A DNA stretch of 64,000 bases from the IMG/VR virus record IMGVR_UViG_3300035670_000035, positions 1 through 64,000 of that record; one strand, written 5' to 3'. Numbering within the stretch: the first letter of the stretch is position 1; each line of letters begins with the position of its first letter. The position numbers and the translations under genes were made by a program. Below are positions 26,631 to 35,896 of this stretch, one piece after another. Source of the stretch: a virus. Under the pieces are notes generated by a model. That model did not search any database. It had not been told where the DNA came from and saw nothing but the letters and a program-made list of their open reading frames with translations.

Positions 26631-27245
26631 TTATTTTAACCAGACAGATGTTGGATTGTAAGCCTCTGTATCTAAATAGTCCCAAACTTTCCAATCTTTA
26701 TTTCCATTAGAATATTCAATAATATTCGATAAGAAAGCGTGAAGATCTTCTATATGCCAAACATCATCTAAAAGTTTTTTACCCATAAATCTAGATTGAT
26801 GAGCTACATGATCTGCATAACTATATGCAAAAGCGGAAAAAGGTGGTAATACGCATCCCATAGAACAAAGAACTCCTTGCATACGAGAAGCTACTTCTTT
26901 TCCTCCAACAGAATGCATAGTTACAATTACTCCAGCTGGCTTACCAAGCAGATGTTTCTTACCCTCGATTTCTGTCATTTTTTCAAAAAGTTGTTGCATA
27001 CTTGAACCCCAGCTATCCCAGTAAGTTCCTGTGCAAAAAATAAGAGCATCGCTTTCTTTGATGATGTGCCTAACTTTAGGCCAATAAAAATCTTTATGAA
27101 GATGTAAAATTTTAATTGCTATATTTGCGTCAATTTTGTTAATTTTTTTTCTTATTTTCTTTATAAGAGATCCAGTATTTCCATTCTTACCACCAATGGA
27201 ACCATTAATTATAGTAAGAGTTATTTTCTTTTCTGGCGACTTCAT
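26631..27245 (-). CDS. flavodoxin-fold NAD(P)H-dependent FMN reductase/WrbA-like protein
   Basis: INGS..GKNGNT, DALIFCTGTY and GKPAGVIVT..VGG motifs. Confidence 0.8.
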   Translation of the reverse strand: MKSPEKKITLTIINGSIGGKNGNTGSLIKKIRKKINKIDANIAIKILHLHKDFYWPKVRHIIKESDALIFCTGTYWDSWGSSMQQLFEKMTEIEGKKHLLGKPAGVIVTMHSVGGKEVASRMQGVLCSMGCVLPPFSAFAYSYADHVAHQSRFMGKKLLDDVWHIEDLHAFLSNIIEYSNGNKDWKVWDYLDTEAYNPTSVWLK

Positions 27246-27498
27246 TTATGTAATCCTTTATTATGTTATATAATCTTATTTCTTCTGGATTAGCTTCTCT
27301 TTCTACTTCAGAGAGATCATAGAATATATACTCTTTTAATTGATGATGTTTAAATCTATGTAAGCCCTTTTTGTCGTCTCCATAAACATATATGTATCTA
27401 AATGGCAGCGGTTCATTTTTTAACTTATATAAGCTTCCATATTTGGGAGAAAATGATTCACTTTTATCAAGAAAATTTAATATCTTCTTAAATATCAT
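27205..27498 (-). CDS. hypothetical protein
   Basis: Overlapping operon spacing. Confidence 0.6.
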   Translation of the reverse strand: MIFKKILNFLDKSESFSPKYGSLYKLKNEPLPFRYIYVYGDDKKGLHRFKHHQLKEYIFYDLSEVEREANPEEIRLYNIIKDYINEVARKENNSYYN

Positions 27499-27731
27499 AA
27501 TACTCCAAAAACTTTTAACATAACAATAGAAGAAACAATTGCACCAATCAAACTGCTACAAGTTCTGATAATTTCTAATTTATGATTATGATGATCCACC
27601 CATATTTCGAAGGGATCTCTTAGCTTTCCTTTTGCTAAAAGTTTTCTTCTTTGTTTTTTACTTAATTTTAAGTTTGATATATCTTTTAGAGTTATCATTT
27701 TCTTTTTCTTATTGATTTTACAGGCTTCCAA
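27495..27731 (-). CDS. hypothetical membrane-anchored protein
   Basis: C-terminal hydrophobic helix; start uncertain. Confidence 0.6.
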   Translation of the reverse strand: MEACKINKKKKMITLKDISNLKLSKKQRRKLLAKGKLRDPFEIWVDHHNHKLEIIRTCSSLIGAIVSSIVMLKVFGVL

Positions 27732-27882
27732 ATTTTATGTTCAGTATCTAAATTAACACTCCAATTCATGACTTTACTATATAAAGAATACCCTACGCCA
27801 TGACCCCAACGCATCGTTGTTCGGCTTATGATATCTCCTATAATATATAGTATATAAGATAATATATATCTCATCTATATTA

Positions 27883-28116
27883 TTATAGATCTTCGTTGAA
27901 ATTTTTTCTATTATTTGGTATGAAATTAATTAATGCTTCATCGCCATATACTTTATATGATTTTAACTTATAGGCTTTTCTTTCTAGCATATTTTTTAAT
28001 TCGTTAATATATTCACTTTTCATATAAACAACTAATGTTTGACCATCTTCAATATCTATCCCATATTCATCCGCAAATTCAGAACAAATCGCCAATGCTT
28101 CATTTTGATTGTTCAT
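27883..28116 (-). CDS. hypothetical protein
   Basis: TTGCTA-N17-TATAGA-like element upstream. Confidence 0.6.
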   Translation of the reverse strand: MNNQNEALAICSEFADEYGIDIEDGQTLVVYMKSEYINELKNMLERKAYKLKSYKVYGDEALINFIPNNRKNFNEDL

Positions 28117-28171
28117 AAAATAGATTACACTTCTATATTTGACATTTTCTTATTAGCAAATATGATAAAAT

Positions 28172-28259
28172 CGGAACGAGTAGGATTCGAACCTACGGAT
28201 GATATCGAACCATCGGAAGTTTAGTAAACTTCTGCTTTAGACCACTCAGCCATCGTTCC
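28172..28259 (-). tRNA. tRNA-Ser, anticodon ACT
   Basis: Acceptor GGAACGA/TCGTTCC with G73; D-arm GCTGAGTGGTCTAAAGC; anticodon arm GAAGT-TTACTAA-ACTTC; long variable arm; T-arm GTAGG-TTCGAAT-CCTAC; CCA not encoded. Confidence 0.92.
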
Positions 28260-28272
28260 AATTAATATTATA

Positions 28273-28869
28273 TTATTCTTTTATTTTTTGAATACACCAA
28301 CTCGTATCAGTAAAATATTTTAAATCTTTATAAGAATCTTTATTGTTATCTATAAAAGTATCTATAGCTTTTCTTACTGAAAGCCATTCTGTTGGATTAT
28401 AATCATGTCCACATAAAAATCCATTTAAATTAACTAAATTTTTAAATAAGTCTAAGTTAGACGCATCTGTTAATAACTCTGGAATATCTATATATACTAT
28501 ATCAAATTTTTTATCTTTAACTGCTGAATATATTTCATTCATAGGTCTATTTAAAATTAATAACCTTTTCTTAAGAAAATAATTAGCAATTCTTTTTAAG
28601 AAAAATCTTTTAGTCTCTTTATTTTTAAAATCATCAATACAATGCATTTTTGTTATAAATGGAAAACCTAAAAATATATTTGTTGCTTCCCCAATATTTA
28701 CTCCTACTTCTAGTAAAGAAGCAATATTTGGATTTTTTTTATACATATAAAAAATTAAATTAATTAATCCCTCTACTTGATTTGTATCATGAGATGTCCA
28801 TTTAGGAAAAAATCTAACAGATTCTTTTATTTCTTCAAAATTTATTATTTCTGGGTCTGGTTCGTTCAT
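28273..28869 (-). CDS. class I SAM-dependent methyltransferase (Methyltransf_24-like)
   Basis: LEVGVNIG, FDIVYID and GFLCGHDY motifs. Confidence 0.75.
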   Translation of the reverse strand: MNEPDPEIINFEEIKESVRFFPKWTSHDTNQVEGLINLIFYMYKKNPNIASLLEVGVNIGEATNIFLGFPFITKMHCIDDFKNKETKRFFLKRIANYFLKKRLLILNRPMNEIYSAVKDKKFDIVYIDIPELLTDASNLDLFKNLVNLNGFLCGHDYNPTEWLSVRKAIDTFIDNNKDSYKDLKYFTDTSWCIQKIKE

Positions 28870-29217
28870 AAATTCAACTTTTCTTTATATAAAAAGAATT
28901 ATTTTTATCTGAAATTTTTTTTAAATATTCTTTAGCTTTTAATTTACCCTCCTCGGATAAAGGGAATACTCCATGAAGAAAATTATCATTTTTAGAATAT
29001 ATTGCATAATATTTCTGTTTTTTAACTTTTGGCATTTTTATCCCTTTCATAATCTTCTATGAGAGTTTTCAATAATTTAAGATGATGAACGTCCCAATTA
29101 TCGCCAGAGTCATTTTTAGTCTTATTTAAATTATCATAATATACATTCTTTTCTATAATTTGCTCTAATAAAGAAATAATCTGATTATATTTATCCATAT
29201 ATAATTATACATATAAC

Positions 29218-29246
29218 TTGAAGAAATTTCAAAAATCGTGTACAAT
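29218..29246 (+). promoter_or_regulatory. sigma70-type promoter for tmRNA
   Basis: TTGAAG-N17-TACAAT, 22 nt upstream of the mature 5' end. Confidence 0.65.
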
Positions 29247-29268
29247 ATAATATAAGTTCTTTCTAATT

Positions 29269-29656
29269 GGGCGCGTACTGGTTTCGATTTTAGGAATCGG
29301 AATTAAGATGCAAGTAGAGGTTTAGGTGGGTCTCTTTAAAAAGCCTTAAAAGTATTAACTGCCAAAACAGCCAAATACAAAGGTCATATCTCTGCTAGAG
29401 TTTCTCTAGTTGAGGAGACCGCTTCTGTAGCCTAAGTTCTACAGCGTGATTACCATGACACATCTAGTGGATAATTGCGTATTTAGATGTCTTTATTTAT
29501 AAAGTTTTTCTATTCTTTATAGGTTTAGTATTCAAAATAAAATCGCTGAGTATGTTTGTTCTTTTTCTATACAAAGCTAAAAATAAAAAGAACTAAACTT
29601 GTAGTATTTTAATTTAAGTTCACTAAAAGACAGAGGTTCAACTCCTCTCGCGTCCA
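29269..29656 (+). ncRNA. ssrA: tmRNA (transfer-messenger RNA)
   Basis: 5' GGGCGCGTACTGGTTTCGA; 3' AGAGG-TTCAACT-CCTCT-CGCGTCC-A; G3:U70 pair; resume context TTAACT-GCC and tag ORF 29361-29435. Confidence 0.92.
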
Positions 29657-29724
29657 AGTTAAAACGATTCCCCCTGCCTACAAAAAACTTTAGACTATTT
29701 AAAATAAAATTTATATTATATTTT

Positions 29725-30324
29725 ATGCAAATTAAAAAAGTAAAAATAATATGTTCTGAATGTGGATCAACGCATGAAATAAGAAAAGGCGATTATGATA
29801 GAAAAATAAGAAATGGACAAGATAGATTTTATTGTAGTTTAAAATGCTCTGGTAAAGCAGATTATAAAAATAATCCTAAAAAATTAGAAAAAAATAAAGG
29901 TAATATATCTTTATTAAAGGGATATGAAGCAAATAGATTGGATAAATATAGTCCATTTAAATATTCATTAAATAAAGCTAAATCCAGAAGTAAACAAAGA
30001 GGCGAGGAGACAGATTTGACTTTAGAATATTTAAAAGAAATTTATGATAAACAAAAAGGTCTGTGTGCATATACTAATATAAAAATGGAAATTCCTAGAT
30101 CTTCTCAAGATGAAGATATTAAAAAAAGCCCAAAAAAATTAAGCTTAGATAGAATTCATTCTCATACTGGTTATATTAAAGGAAATGTAGAATTTGTATG
30201 TTATTGTATTAATGTTATGAAAAATGATTTCACTAAGAAAGAAACTTTAAATTTTATAAATGAAATTAAAATTACTTCTTGCCAAAGCCAAATGGACACT
30301 TCAAATTTCTTTGATGATCTTTAA
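29725..30324 (+). CDS. HNH-type (putative homing) endonuclease
   Basis: N-terminal CxxC...CxxxC and C-terminal SLDRIHSHTGYIKGNVEFVCYCINVMKN. Confidence 0.8.
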   Translation: MQIKKVKIICSECGSTHEIRKGDYDRKIRNGQDRFYCSLKCSGKADYKNNPKKLEKNKGNISLLKGYEANRLDKYSPFKYSLNKAKSRSKQRGEETDLTLEYLKEIYDKQKGLCAYTNIKMEIPRSSQDEDIKKSPKKLSLDRIHSHTGYIKGNVEFVCYCINVMKNDFTKKETLNFINEIKITSCQSQMDTSNFFDDL

Positions 30325-31066
30325 ATTTATTTCCGTATATATCAATACCATCCATATATCTTTTTCCTACTCCTCTTTTATTTGAGTATGGGTCCACCCC
30401 TTCTCTTTCTTTTCCAAAAAACTCACCTGTTTTTCTTTCGTTTTCAATTATCTGTTTAGATATAACTTCTTCATCCACTTTTAATTGATATTTATCTATA
30501 AAATGTCTTGGATATGGTAACATATAACCAATAGGTGTACCTTTTTTAATTTCTATTAGAAAATTTGGTCTAGTTATTTTTAAATTGAAAGTAAAATTTC
30601 TTCTTAGATTATCCGTTTCTACGCATGCAGACATATGTATTATGCCATCTATGTAATAATTTGGAGGATTCATTATTAATGTATTAACGCCTTTAGGAGT
30701 TCGAATTGACCAAGGAGTTTCTATTGTAAATGTTCCCATACCGAAATGAGAAGATATTTTTTGATGGTTAGTATCTTTTTCATTGTGATAAACTTTTACG
30801 TCTTGATTACTCTCTCCACCGTTCCATATCACACTAAAATCATATGCAGCTAATAAAATAAAACCATGTTGATTTGCCATAGTTAAAGGTAAACAAAAAT
30901 AAGCATGATCAACAAACCAATCTCTTTTTTTATTCCCATTTAAATTAACTATTAAGTTTTTAGGCCATTCTTTATATAAATCATGCCATGTTATCGCTAA
31001 TAAAACTCCTTCTGGAACTTCTACTAAATCTGGAATATTTTCTGTTATTTTTAATTTTTGATTCAT
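30272..31066 (-). CDS. DUF6065-like protein
   Basis: HAYFCLPLTMANQHG, SHFGMG and VETD..RRNFTFNLKIT motifs. Confidence 0.7.
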   Translation of the reverse strand: MNQKLKITENIPDLVEVPEGVLLAITWHDLYKEWPKNLIVNLNGNKKRDWFVDHAYFCLPLTMANQHGFILLAAYDFSVIWNGGESNQDVKVYHNEKDTNHQKISSHFGMGTFTIETPWSIRTPKGVNTLIMNPPNYYIDGIIHMSACVETDNLRRNFTFNLKITRPNFLIEIKKGTPIGYMLPYPRHFIDKYQLKVDEEVISKQIIENERKTGEFFGKEREGVDPYSNKRGVGKRYMDGIDIYGNKFKDHQRNLKCPFGFGKK

Positions 31067-31818
31067 TTGTAGTCAGATGGTTTAAAATGATGATTAGTCT
31101 TTTTTCCATTAGGAAAAAGACCTTTAAAATAATCTAATACATGTTTAGTTTGTTTTTCTCTTTTAGAAACAAATTCTTGTCTTTGATAAATTTCAAATTC
31201 ATTATCTTTTATTATCAAATTTGTTTTTATATATTTTTCGTTAAGAAATAACATTCTTGCTATTGGTTCTCCTTTTTCAATTTTAAATTTACCAGCATGA
31301 TTACATAAACATACAATTCCAAAATTAGCTGGGTTCCACCATGTTTCTATTAATCCTTCCATTACAGAAAAAGGTCTACGTAAATTAGGTATACCCTTAA
31401 TAAGGGTAAAACATCCTTCTTCTGTTTTTGGAATAAAATGAGCTTGTATCGTAAAGCTTCCGCATGCAGAATGACTATCTACTACTGCATGAGATGTAGA
31501 CTCTAAAATTTTTATTTCAGCATCATGATTTTCATCTCCATCCCATTCGATTTCAAATGTAGCTGGAGATAATATATCATATCCTAATCCATTTGCCATT
31601 AAAAGTGGAAGACAAAATCTAGCGTGATTTTTAGTTTTTTCATCTTCTTCCCACCATTTTTTATATATATCTGGTTTTTTAGGTAGTAAAGATTTGTCAT
31701 AATTTTGCATTAAATATAATTCTATATTTTTTTCTTCTAATTTTATTTGAGAAGAAGAGGAGGAAGAGCTAATTCTTAAATTAGATACATTAAATTTATT
31801 TAAAAATGGACAACTCAT
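31063..31818 (-). CDS. DUF6065-like protein (paralogue)
   Basis: HARFCLPLLMANGLG and GLIETWW motifs. Confidence 0.65.
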   Translation of the reverse strand: MSCPFLNKFNVSNLRISSSSSSSQIKLEEKNIELYLMQNYDKSLLPKKPDIYKKWWEEDEKTKNHARFCLPLLMANGLGYDILSPATFEIEWDGDENHDAEIKILESTSHAVVDSHSACGSFTIQAHFIPKTEEGCFTLIKGIPNLRRPFSVMEGLIETWWNPANFGIVCLCNHAGKFKIEKGEPIARMLFLNEKYIKTNLIIKDNEFEIYQRQEFVSKREKQTKHVLDYFKGLFPNGKKTNHHFKPSDYK

Positions 31819-32807
31819 ATAGACTCTTTATTTCCAGAAAAAATTATATCAATTGGTTCTTCTAAAACATGATTTATTTGAGATTTAATAAAAGATTCCA
31901 TTGCTCGTAAAGTATTAAATTTATAAAGATTATTATTTTGAAAAAGTTTATATGTATGAATCTTTTCAAGAATATCGCATTTATTAATAATAAGCTGTGT
32001 AACTCCAGAAATTTTAATTGCGTCAATTAATTTATTTAAGTTTAACCAGTTCGCAATCCTTTTCCTGCCAGTAGTTGAACCGAATTCCTGACCAGCTTCA
32101 ATCAGCATACTTAATTCTGAATCTTCCCAAAGACTTTCTGGGAATAAAGGATCTACTCCACTTTTAGTATCATATATCTTTGCTACTCCAATAATGTCTC
32201 TAATCTTTTTAGGGGAAAAACCTAAAGAGCAAGCAGAATAAGGTAAAGTCTCACTACTTGTAACGTATGGATAATCGCCATAATTTATATCAAGCCAAAA
32301 ACTTTGCGCTCCTTCACATAAAATGTTACCATAAAGCTCACCATCCCAAAGATATTGTTTATCAATATAATCTCTAGCGAGTTTGCCTACTCTTAGCATC
32401 TTATCTCCATAAGCAGGAGCAATACCTTGACCAGTTGTTCCTAATTTCTTTTTAAGAACTTGAAGATCATATTGAATGTGTTTCTCTGTAATGATATGAG
32501 CTTTTGGACTAATTTTAATTAGAGATGTGTCAAAACCTTCTTTTTTAAGATAGTCTATTTCATCAAAAAATTTATCAACATTAACAACGCAATTAGGACC
32601 AATTAGACTAAGTTTATTTTTAAATACTCCGCATGGTATAATATGAGTTTTATATTTTTTATCATTTATATAAACTGTGTGTCCAGCATTAGGTCCACCA
32701 TTCCAACGACAAACAATATCATAGTTTTTAGCTATAGCATTACTAATCTTGCCTTTTCCTTCATCTCCCCAAGCTAAACCGAAAATAATATCTATGTAAT
32801 TAACCAT
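31815..32807 (-). CDS. purA: adenylosuccinate synthetase (short form)
   Basis: WGDEGKGK, GGPNAGHT, EGAQ, YPYVTSS and EFGSTTGRKR. Confidence 0.93.
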   Translation of the reverse strand: MVNYIDIIFGLAWGDEGKGKISNAIAKNYDIVCRWNGGPNAGHTVYINDKKYKTHIIPCGVFKNKLSLIGPNCVVNVDKFFDEIDYLKKEGFDTSLIKISPKAHIITEKHIQYDLQVLKKKLGTTGQGIAPAYGDKMLRVGKLARDYIDKQYLWDGELYGNILCEGAQSFWLDINYGDYPYVTSSETLPYSACSLGFSPKKIRDIIGVAKIYDTKSGVDPLFPESLWEDSELSMLIEAGQEFGSTTGRKRIANWLNLNKLIDAIKISGVTQLIINKCDILEKIHTYKLFQNNNLYKFNTLRAMESFIKSQINHVLEEPIDIIFSGNKESI

Positions 32808-33051
32808 TTTTAGTTTTATAGGCTTCTTCTAAATAATTAACTAATAATTTTTTACAAAAATTATAACCATCTTTACCGCAACAATGTTTAAATTTTTTTC
32901 CTTCTATTGAACAAATATCATTTCTACCAATTTTTGGTGCCATTCTATGGATTGGCGCTCCAACATAAGCTCTTACATATGGATTTTCTATTTGATTAAA
33001 ATCAAATTTAACTTCTGGTGCTTGTCCAGATACTTGTTCATTATTTTCCAT
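32800..33051 (-). CDS. SEC-C motif protein
   Basis: KIGRNDICSIEGKKFKHCCG. Confidence 0.75.
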   Translation of the reverse strand: MENNEQVSGQAPEVKFDFNQIENPYVRAYVGAPIHRMAPKIGRNDICSIEGKKFKHCCGKDGYNFCKKLLVNYLEEAYKTKNG

Positions 33052-33052
33052 A

Positions 33053-33265
33053 TTATGGATACTCTATTGATGGAGACCTAAGATCGAAAATTGAAACATC
33101 TTTGGTTTCTCCATTAACTGATTTAATTTTTACATTACTATCATCAATTACAGACTCAACAAGTCCATAATAATATTCATTTTTAATATAATCCGTTATT
33201 ACAACCATTTTTCTACCTATAATTCTCTTAAGAATATTTAATTTAAGTGGATTTTGTTTCTTCAT
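33053..33265 (-). CDS. hypothetical protein (small beta-barrel-like)
   Basis: Abuts the SEC-C gene. Confidence 0.6.
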   Translation of the reverse strand: MKKQNPLKLNILKRIIGRKMVVITDYIKNEYYYGLVESVIDDSNVKIKSVNGETKDVSIFDLRSPSIEYP

Positions 33266-33297
33266 TATTAATATGATATCTGATATTTAGATTATCG

Positions 33298-33972
33298 TCA
33301 ATCTATTTTATGTAATTTAATATTATTTTTTAGGTCTATGGTGATAAAGGTGGCCTCTTTCTCACAGAAGCTTCCAGTATTTATGTATTTATCACTAAAA
33401 TCTGATATGTGAGTATGTCCACATATAATCTTATCATATCCATTTAAGTCTATATATTTAATGGCATTTATCTTTATATCAGAGCTTTTTTCTATAAAAT
33501 CATTTGTCCTGTGTTTAAAGAACTTAAAGAATTCATTACTATATGGAGTATAATGTCTTAAAATGTAATAACATTTAATGATAAGATTAGTTATCCATTT
33601 GAATTTTGTAAAATAGATATCAAAAATATCTCCATGAACAACTAATATCTTATCATCGTTTATATTGATAACAAATTCGTCTTTACAATCAAATCCTAAA
33701 AGGATACTCATAAATTCCGCCTTAAGAAAACAATGATTGCCAATCAGATATATTACTTTATGTTTTTTTGAGAGCTTTCTGAATTTAGATAAAACTTTCC
33801 AATGAACCTTATTTAGGCGATTTAAATTGTGGTGATCAAAAAGATCACCAGCAATAATTAATGTTTTTGCTTTATATTTTTTTAAAACTTTTAATAAGGT
33901 ATCAGCCTTGCAATCTTTATCGCCAAGATGAATATCAGAAACTATTAAATATTTGTAAACATCTTTAGCCAT
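33298..33972 (-). CDS. calcineurin-like metallophosphoesterase (LpxH-like)
   Basis: SDIHLG, GDLFD, GNH, HGD, CGHTH and NTGS motifs. Confidence 0.85.
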   Translation of the reverse strand: MAKDVYKYLIVSDIHLGDKDCKADTLLKVLKKYKAKTLIIAGDLFDHHNLNRLNKVHWKVLSKFRKLSKKHKVIYLIGNHCFLKAEFMSILLGFDCKDEFVININDDKILVVHGDIFDIYFTKFKWITNLIIKCYYILRHYTPYSNEFFKFFKHRTNDFIEKSSDIKINAIKYIDLNGYDKIICGHTHISDFSDKYINTGSFCEKEATFITIDLKNNIKLHKID

Positions 33973-35078
33973 TATTTTCCATGAGCAAAACTCTCATACA
34001 TGTTATTTGCGGTTGTTCTGACAGCGATTATTTTACCAGTCCATAAACCGCCACGCATTTCTTCAATAGATCTAAAACCAAGATAACTCATAGCGCTTCT
34101 TAAACCATTGGTAAAATCGTAAACAACATCTTCTATTGATTTGTCTTGAATTAAAGGTATCATAGTCTTATCTCCCTCTACGAAAAGATTCTTTTTGCTT
34201 CCATCGTAGAGTTCATAATCTTCAACTACATCTTTACTAGCCATACCTCTATATACAGCAAATAGTTTTCCATCTTTTTCTACTATGTTTTCTTCATCAA
34301 CTACATCGCTTAGTCCAGCGAATATTCTGCCACAAATAACTCCGTCTGCTCCACTAGCGATAGCTTTAGCCAAATCTCTTGGATTTCTAATTCCACCATC
34401 GGCTAGTATACTTGGCCTATTTTCTTCTCTTGGATTTTCTTGTCTGAAATGATCTAAATTTCCTAGTTGATAGTTCCTGACCGCATTCCAAGCATAAGAT
34501 AAACCAGTGACACTTGGGCATCCAATTCCAGTTTTAATTTGTGTCAAACACATACTGCCTGGACCTATAAGGTGTCTAAAACCATCTGCTCTTAGATTAG
34601 CTAATCTATGAACGCTCGCTTTTGTTAGTGTATTGCCAACTATGATATCTTGTTTATATTTTGATTGTTTATACCAAATCAAAAAATCTTCAACACTCTT
34701 GGCTAATCCATTTGCTGTATCTAAGAAAAATATATCAGTATACTTTGAAAGACCTTCGATTCTTTCTGAAGCATCCTTTAGTCCTATTGCAGATATTGAT
34801 CTTCCACTTTCATCCTTAATCTTTTTTGCTTTTAAAGCTTGTTCTTCTATTGACATAAATCTATGAAGAACACCAGCGCAACCAATTTTATTTACTTTTA
34901 TGCATGACTTTACAGAAGAGACAGTATCCATAGGAGATAGCACTATGGGTATATCAATATAGTTATTTTTAGAAATCTTTGCTCTAGTGCTTACTTCTTT
35001 TCTTGAATTTATATTTGAAAAATTAGGAAGTAAGGATATATCATCGTAACCGATAGCTTCTTTAAGAATAATCTGCAT
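33972..35078 (-). CDS. IMP dehydrogenase / GMP reductase family (no CBS domains)
   Basis: SPMDTV, GPGSMCLT..TGIG, ILADGGI, YRGMAS and LRSAMSY. Confidence 0.9.
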   Translation of the reverse strand: MQIILKEAIGYDDISLLPNFSNINSRKEVSTRAKISKNNYIDIPIVLSPMDTVSSVKSCIKVNKIGCAGVLHRFMSIEEQALKAKKIKDESGRSISAIGLKDASERIEGLSKYTDIFFLDTANGLAKSVEDFLIWYKQSKYKQDIIVGNTLTKASVHRLANLRADGFRHLIGPGSMCLTQIKTGIGCPSVTGLSYAWNAVRNYQLGNLDHFRQENPREENRPSILADGGIRNPRDLAKAIASGADGVICGRIFAGLSDVVDEENIVEKDGKLFAVYRGMASKDVVEDYELYDGSKKNLFVEGDKTMIPLIQDKSIEDVVYDFTNGLRSAMSYLGFRSIEEMRGGLWTGKIIAVRTTANNMYESFAHGK

Positions 35079-35084
35079 TCTAAT

Positions 35085-35113
35085 ATACTAAAACAAATCT
35101 ATTAATTAGTCAA
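35085..35113 (-). promoter_or_regulatory. sigma70-type promoter, leaderless arrangement
   Basis: TTGACT-N17-TAGTAT-N6-ATG. Confidence 0.75.
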
Positions 35114-35893
35114 GATATTTTTACCATTTTGTATTAGAGCATTTTTACTTCTCATAGCGTGAACTATTGCTGGGTTTATCATAATCTTTTCGAGTGTCAT
35201 GTATGAGACCCATTCCCAATATCTATCTTGAGGAATTATTTCATTAAAATTATTAGTCCAATCAGATGCCCAATAATTAAAATATTTTTCTGCAAATCTA
35301 TTTGATATATTTTTACTAACTAGATGAGATATATATCCTATTGATATTTCGTCTGGAGCAATATGATTTTTTGATTTTAAAAAATTATGAGATTCAAAAG
35401 CTAATTCAAAAGCCTTTGTAGCAAAATCTTTTTTGCAAATCCAAAATCCACCGTTAGTATTTCTTATTTCTTCAGATTTAACTCCTAATTCTCTAAAATA
35501 TTTTATTAGATCTTGATTCTTTATACCCCACCAATCTTGTCGTAGAGTTTTAAAAGAATTAATTGGACTTTCTAAAAATGAATGCCAATCATCTCCATTT
35601 AAAATTTCTTCTATACTTAAATCTGGCTTTCTTATAAAGAAATGATCTGCGTCAATAAAAACAAACGTATCGTAATCTAATTTAGATATCTCTTTCAAAT
35701 AGTAAAATTTAAAAAACCAGAGCCTATCTAATTCTATAGAATTAATAAGATCATGATTTTGCGCGTACTTAAGTTTTATATCTGAAAATACATGAAAATC
35801 ATCTGTCATTCCAACATCATTAAAAGATTTTAATAAAGATTGAAGTATATAGCTATATCTGCCCCAAGCTACAGACCAATAACAAACTTTCAT
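35102..35893 (-). CDS. putative GT-A glycosyltransferase
   Basis: DxD (FIDAD), NGGFW and DE motifs. Confidence 0.65.
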   Translation of the reverse strand: MKVCYWSVAWGRYSYILQSLLKSFNDVGMTDDFHVFSDIKLKYAQNHDLINSIELDRLWFFKFYYLKEISKLDYDTFVFIDADHFFIRKPDLSIEEILNGDDWHSFLESPINSFKTLRQDWWGIKNQDLIKYFRELGVKSEEIRNTNGGFWICKKDFATKAFELAFESHNFLKSKNHIAPDEISIGYISHLVSKNISNRFAEKYFNYWASDWTNNFNEIIPQDRYWEWVSYMTLEKIMINPAIVHAMRSKNALIQNGKNILTN

Positions 35894-35896
35894 GAA

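Noticed and set aside
26446-26661. Plus-strand 71-aa hydrophobic ORF
   Set aside because: Antisense to the operon, overlaps a coupled minus-strand ORF, and its sequence is explained by the T-rich palindromic repeats
28039-28224. Plus-strand 61-aa ORF
   Set aside because: Antisense shadow of the tRNA and of ORF 27883..28116
28221-28227. Amber-suppressor tRNA (CTA appears in the loop TTACTAA)
   Set aside because: With the 5-bp stem and U33, positions 34-36 are ACT; CTA is off-register
31815-32807. PurZ / 2-aminoadenine (Z-genome) system, suggested by a PurA homologue plus a MazG-like gene
   Set aside because: The catalytic Asp of PurA is retained (WGDEGKGK) whereas PurZ has Ser there; MazG is 27 kb away and no DatZ-like HD gene is adjacent
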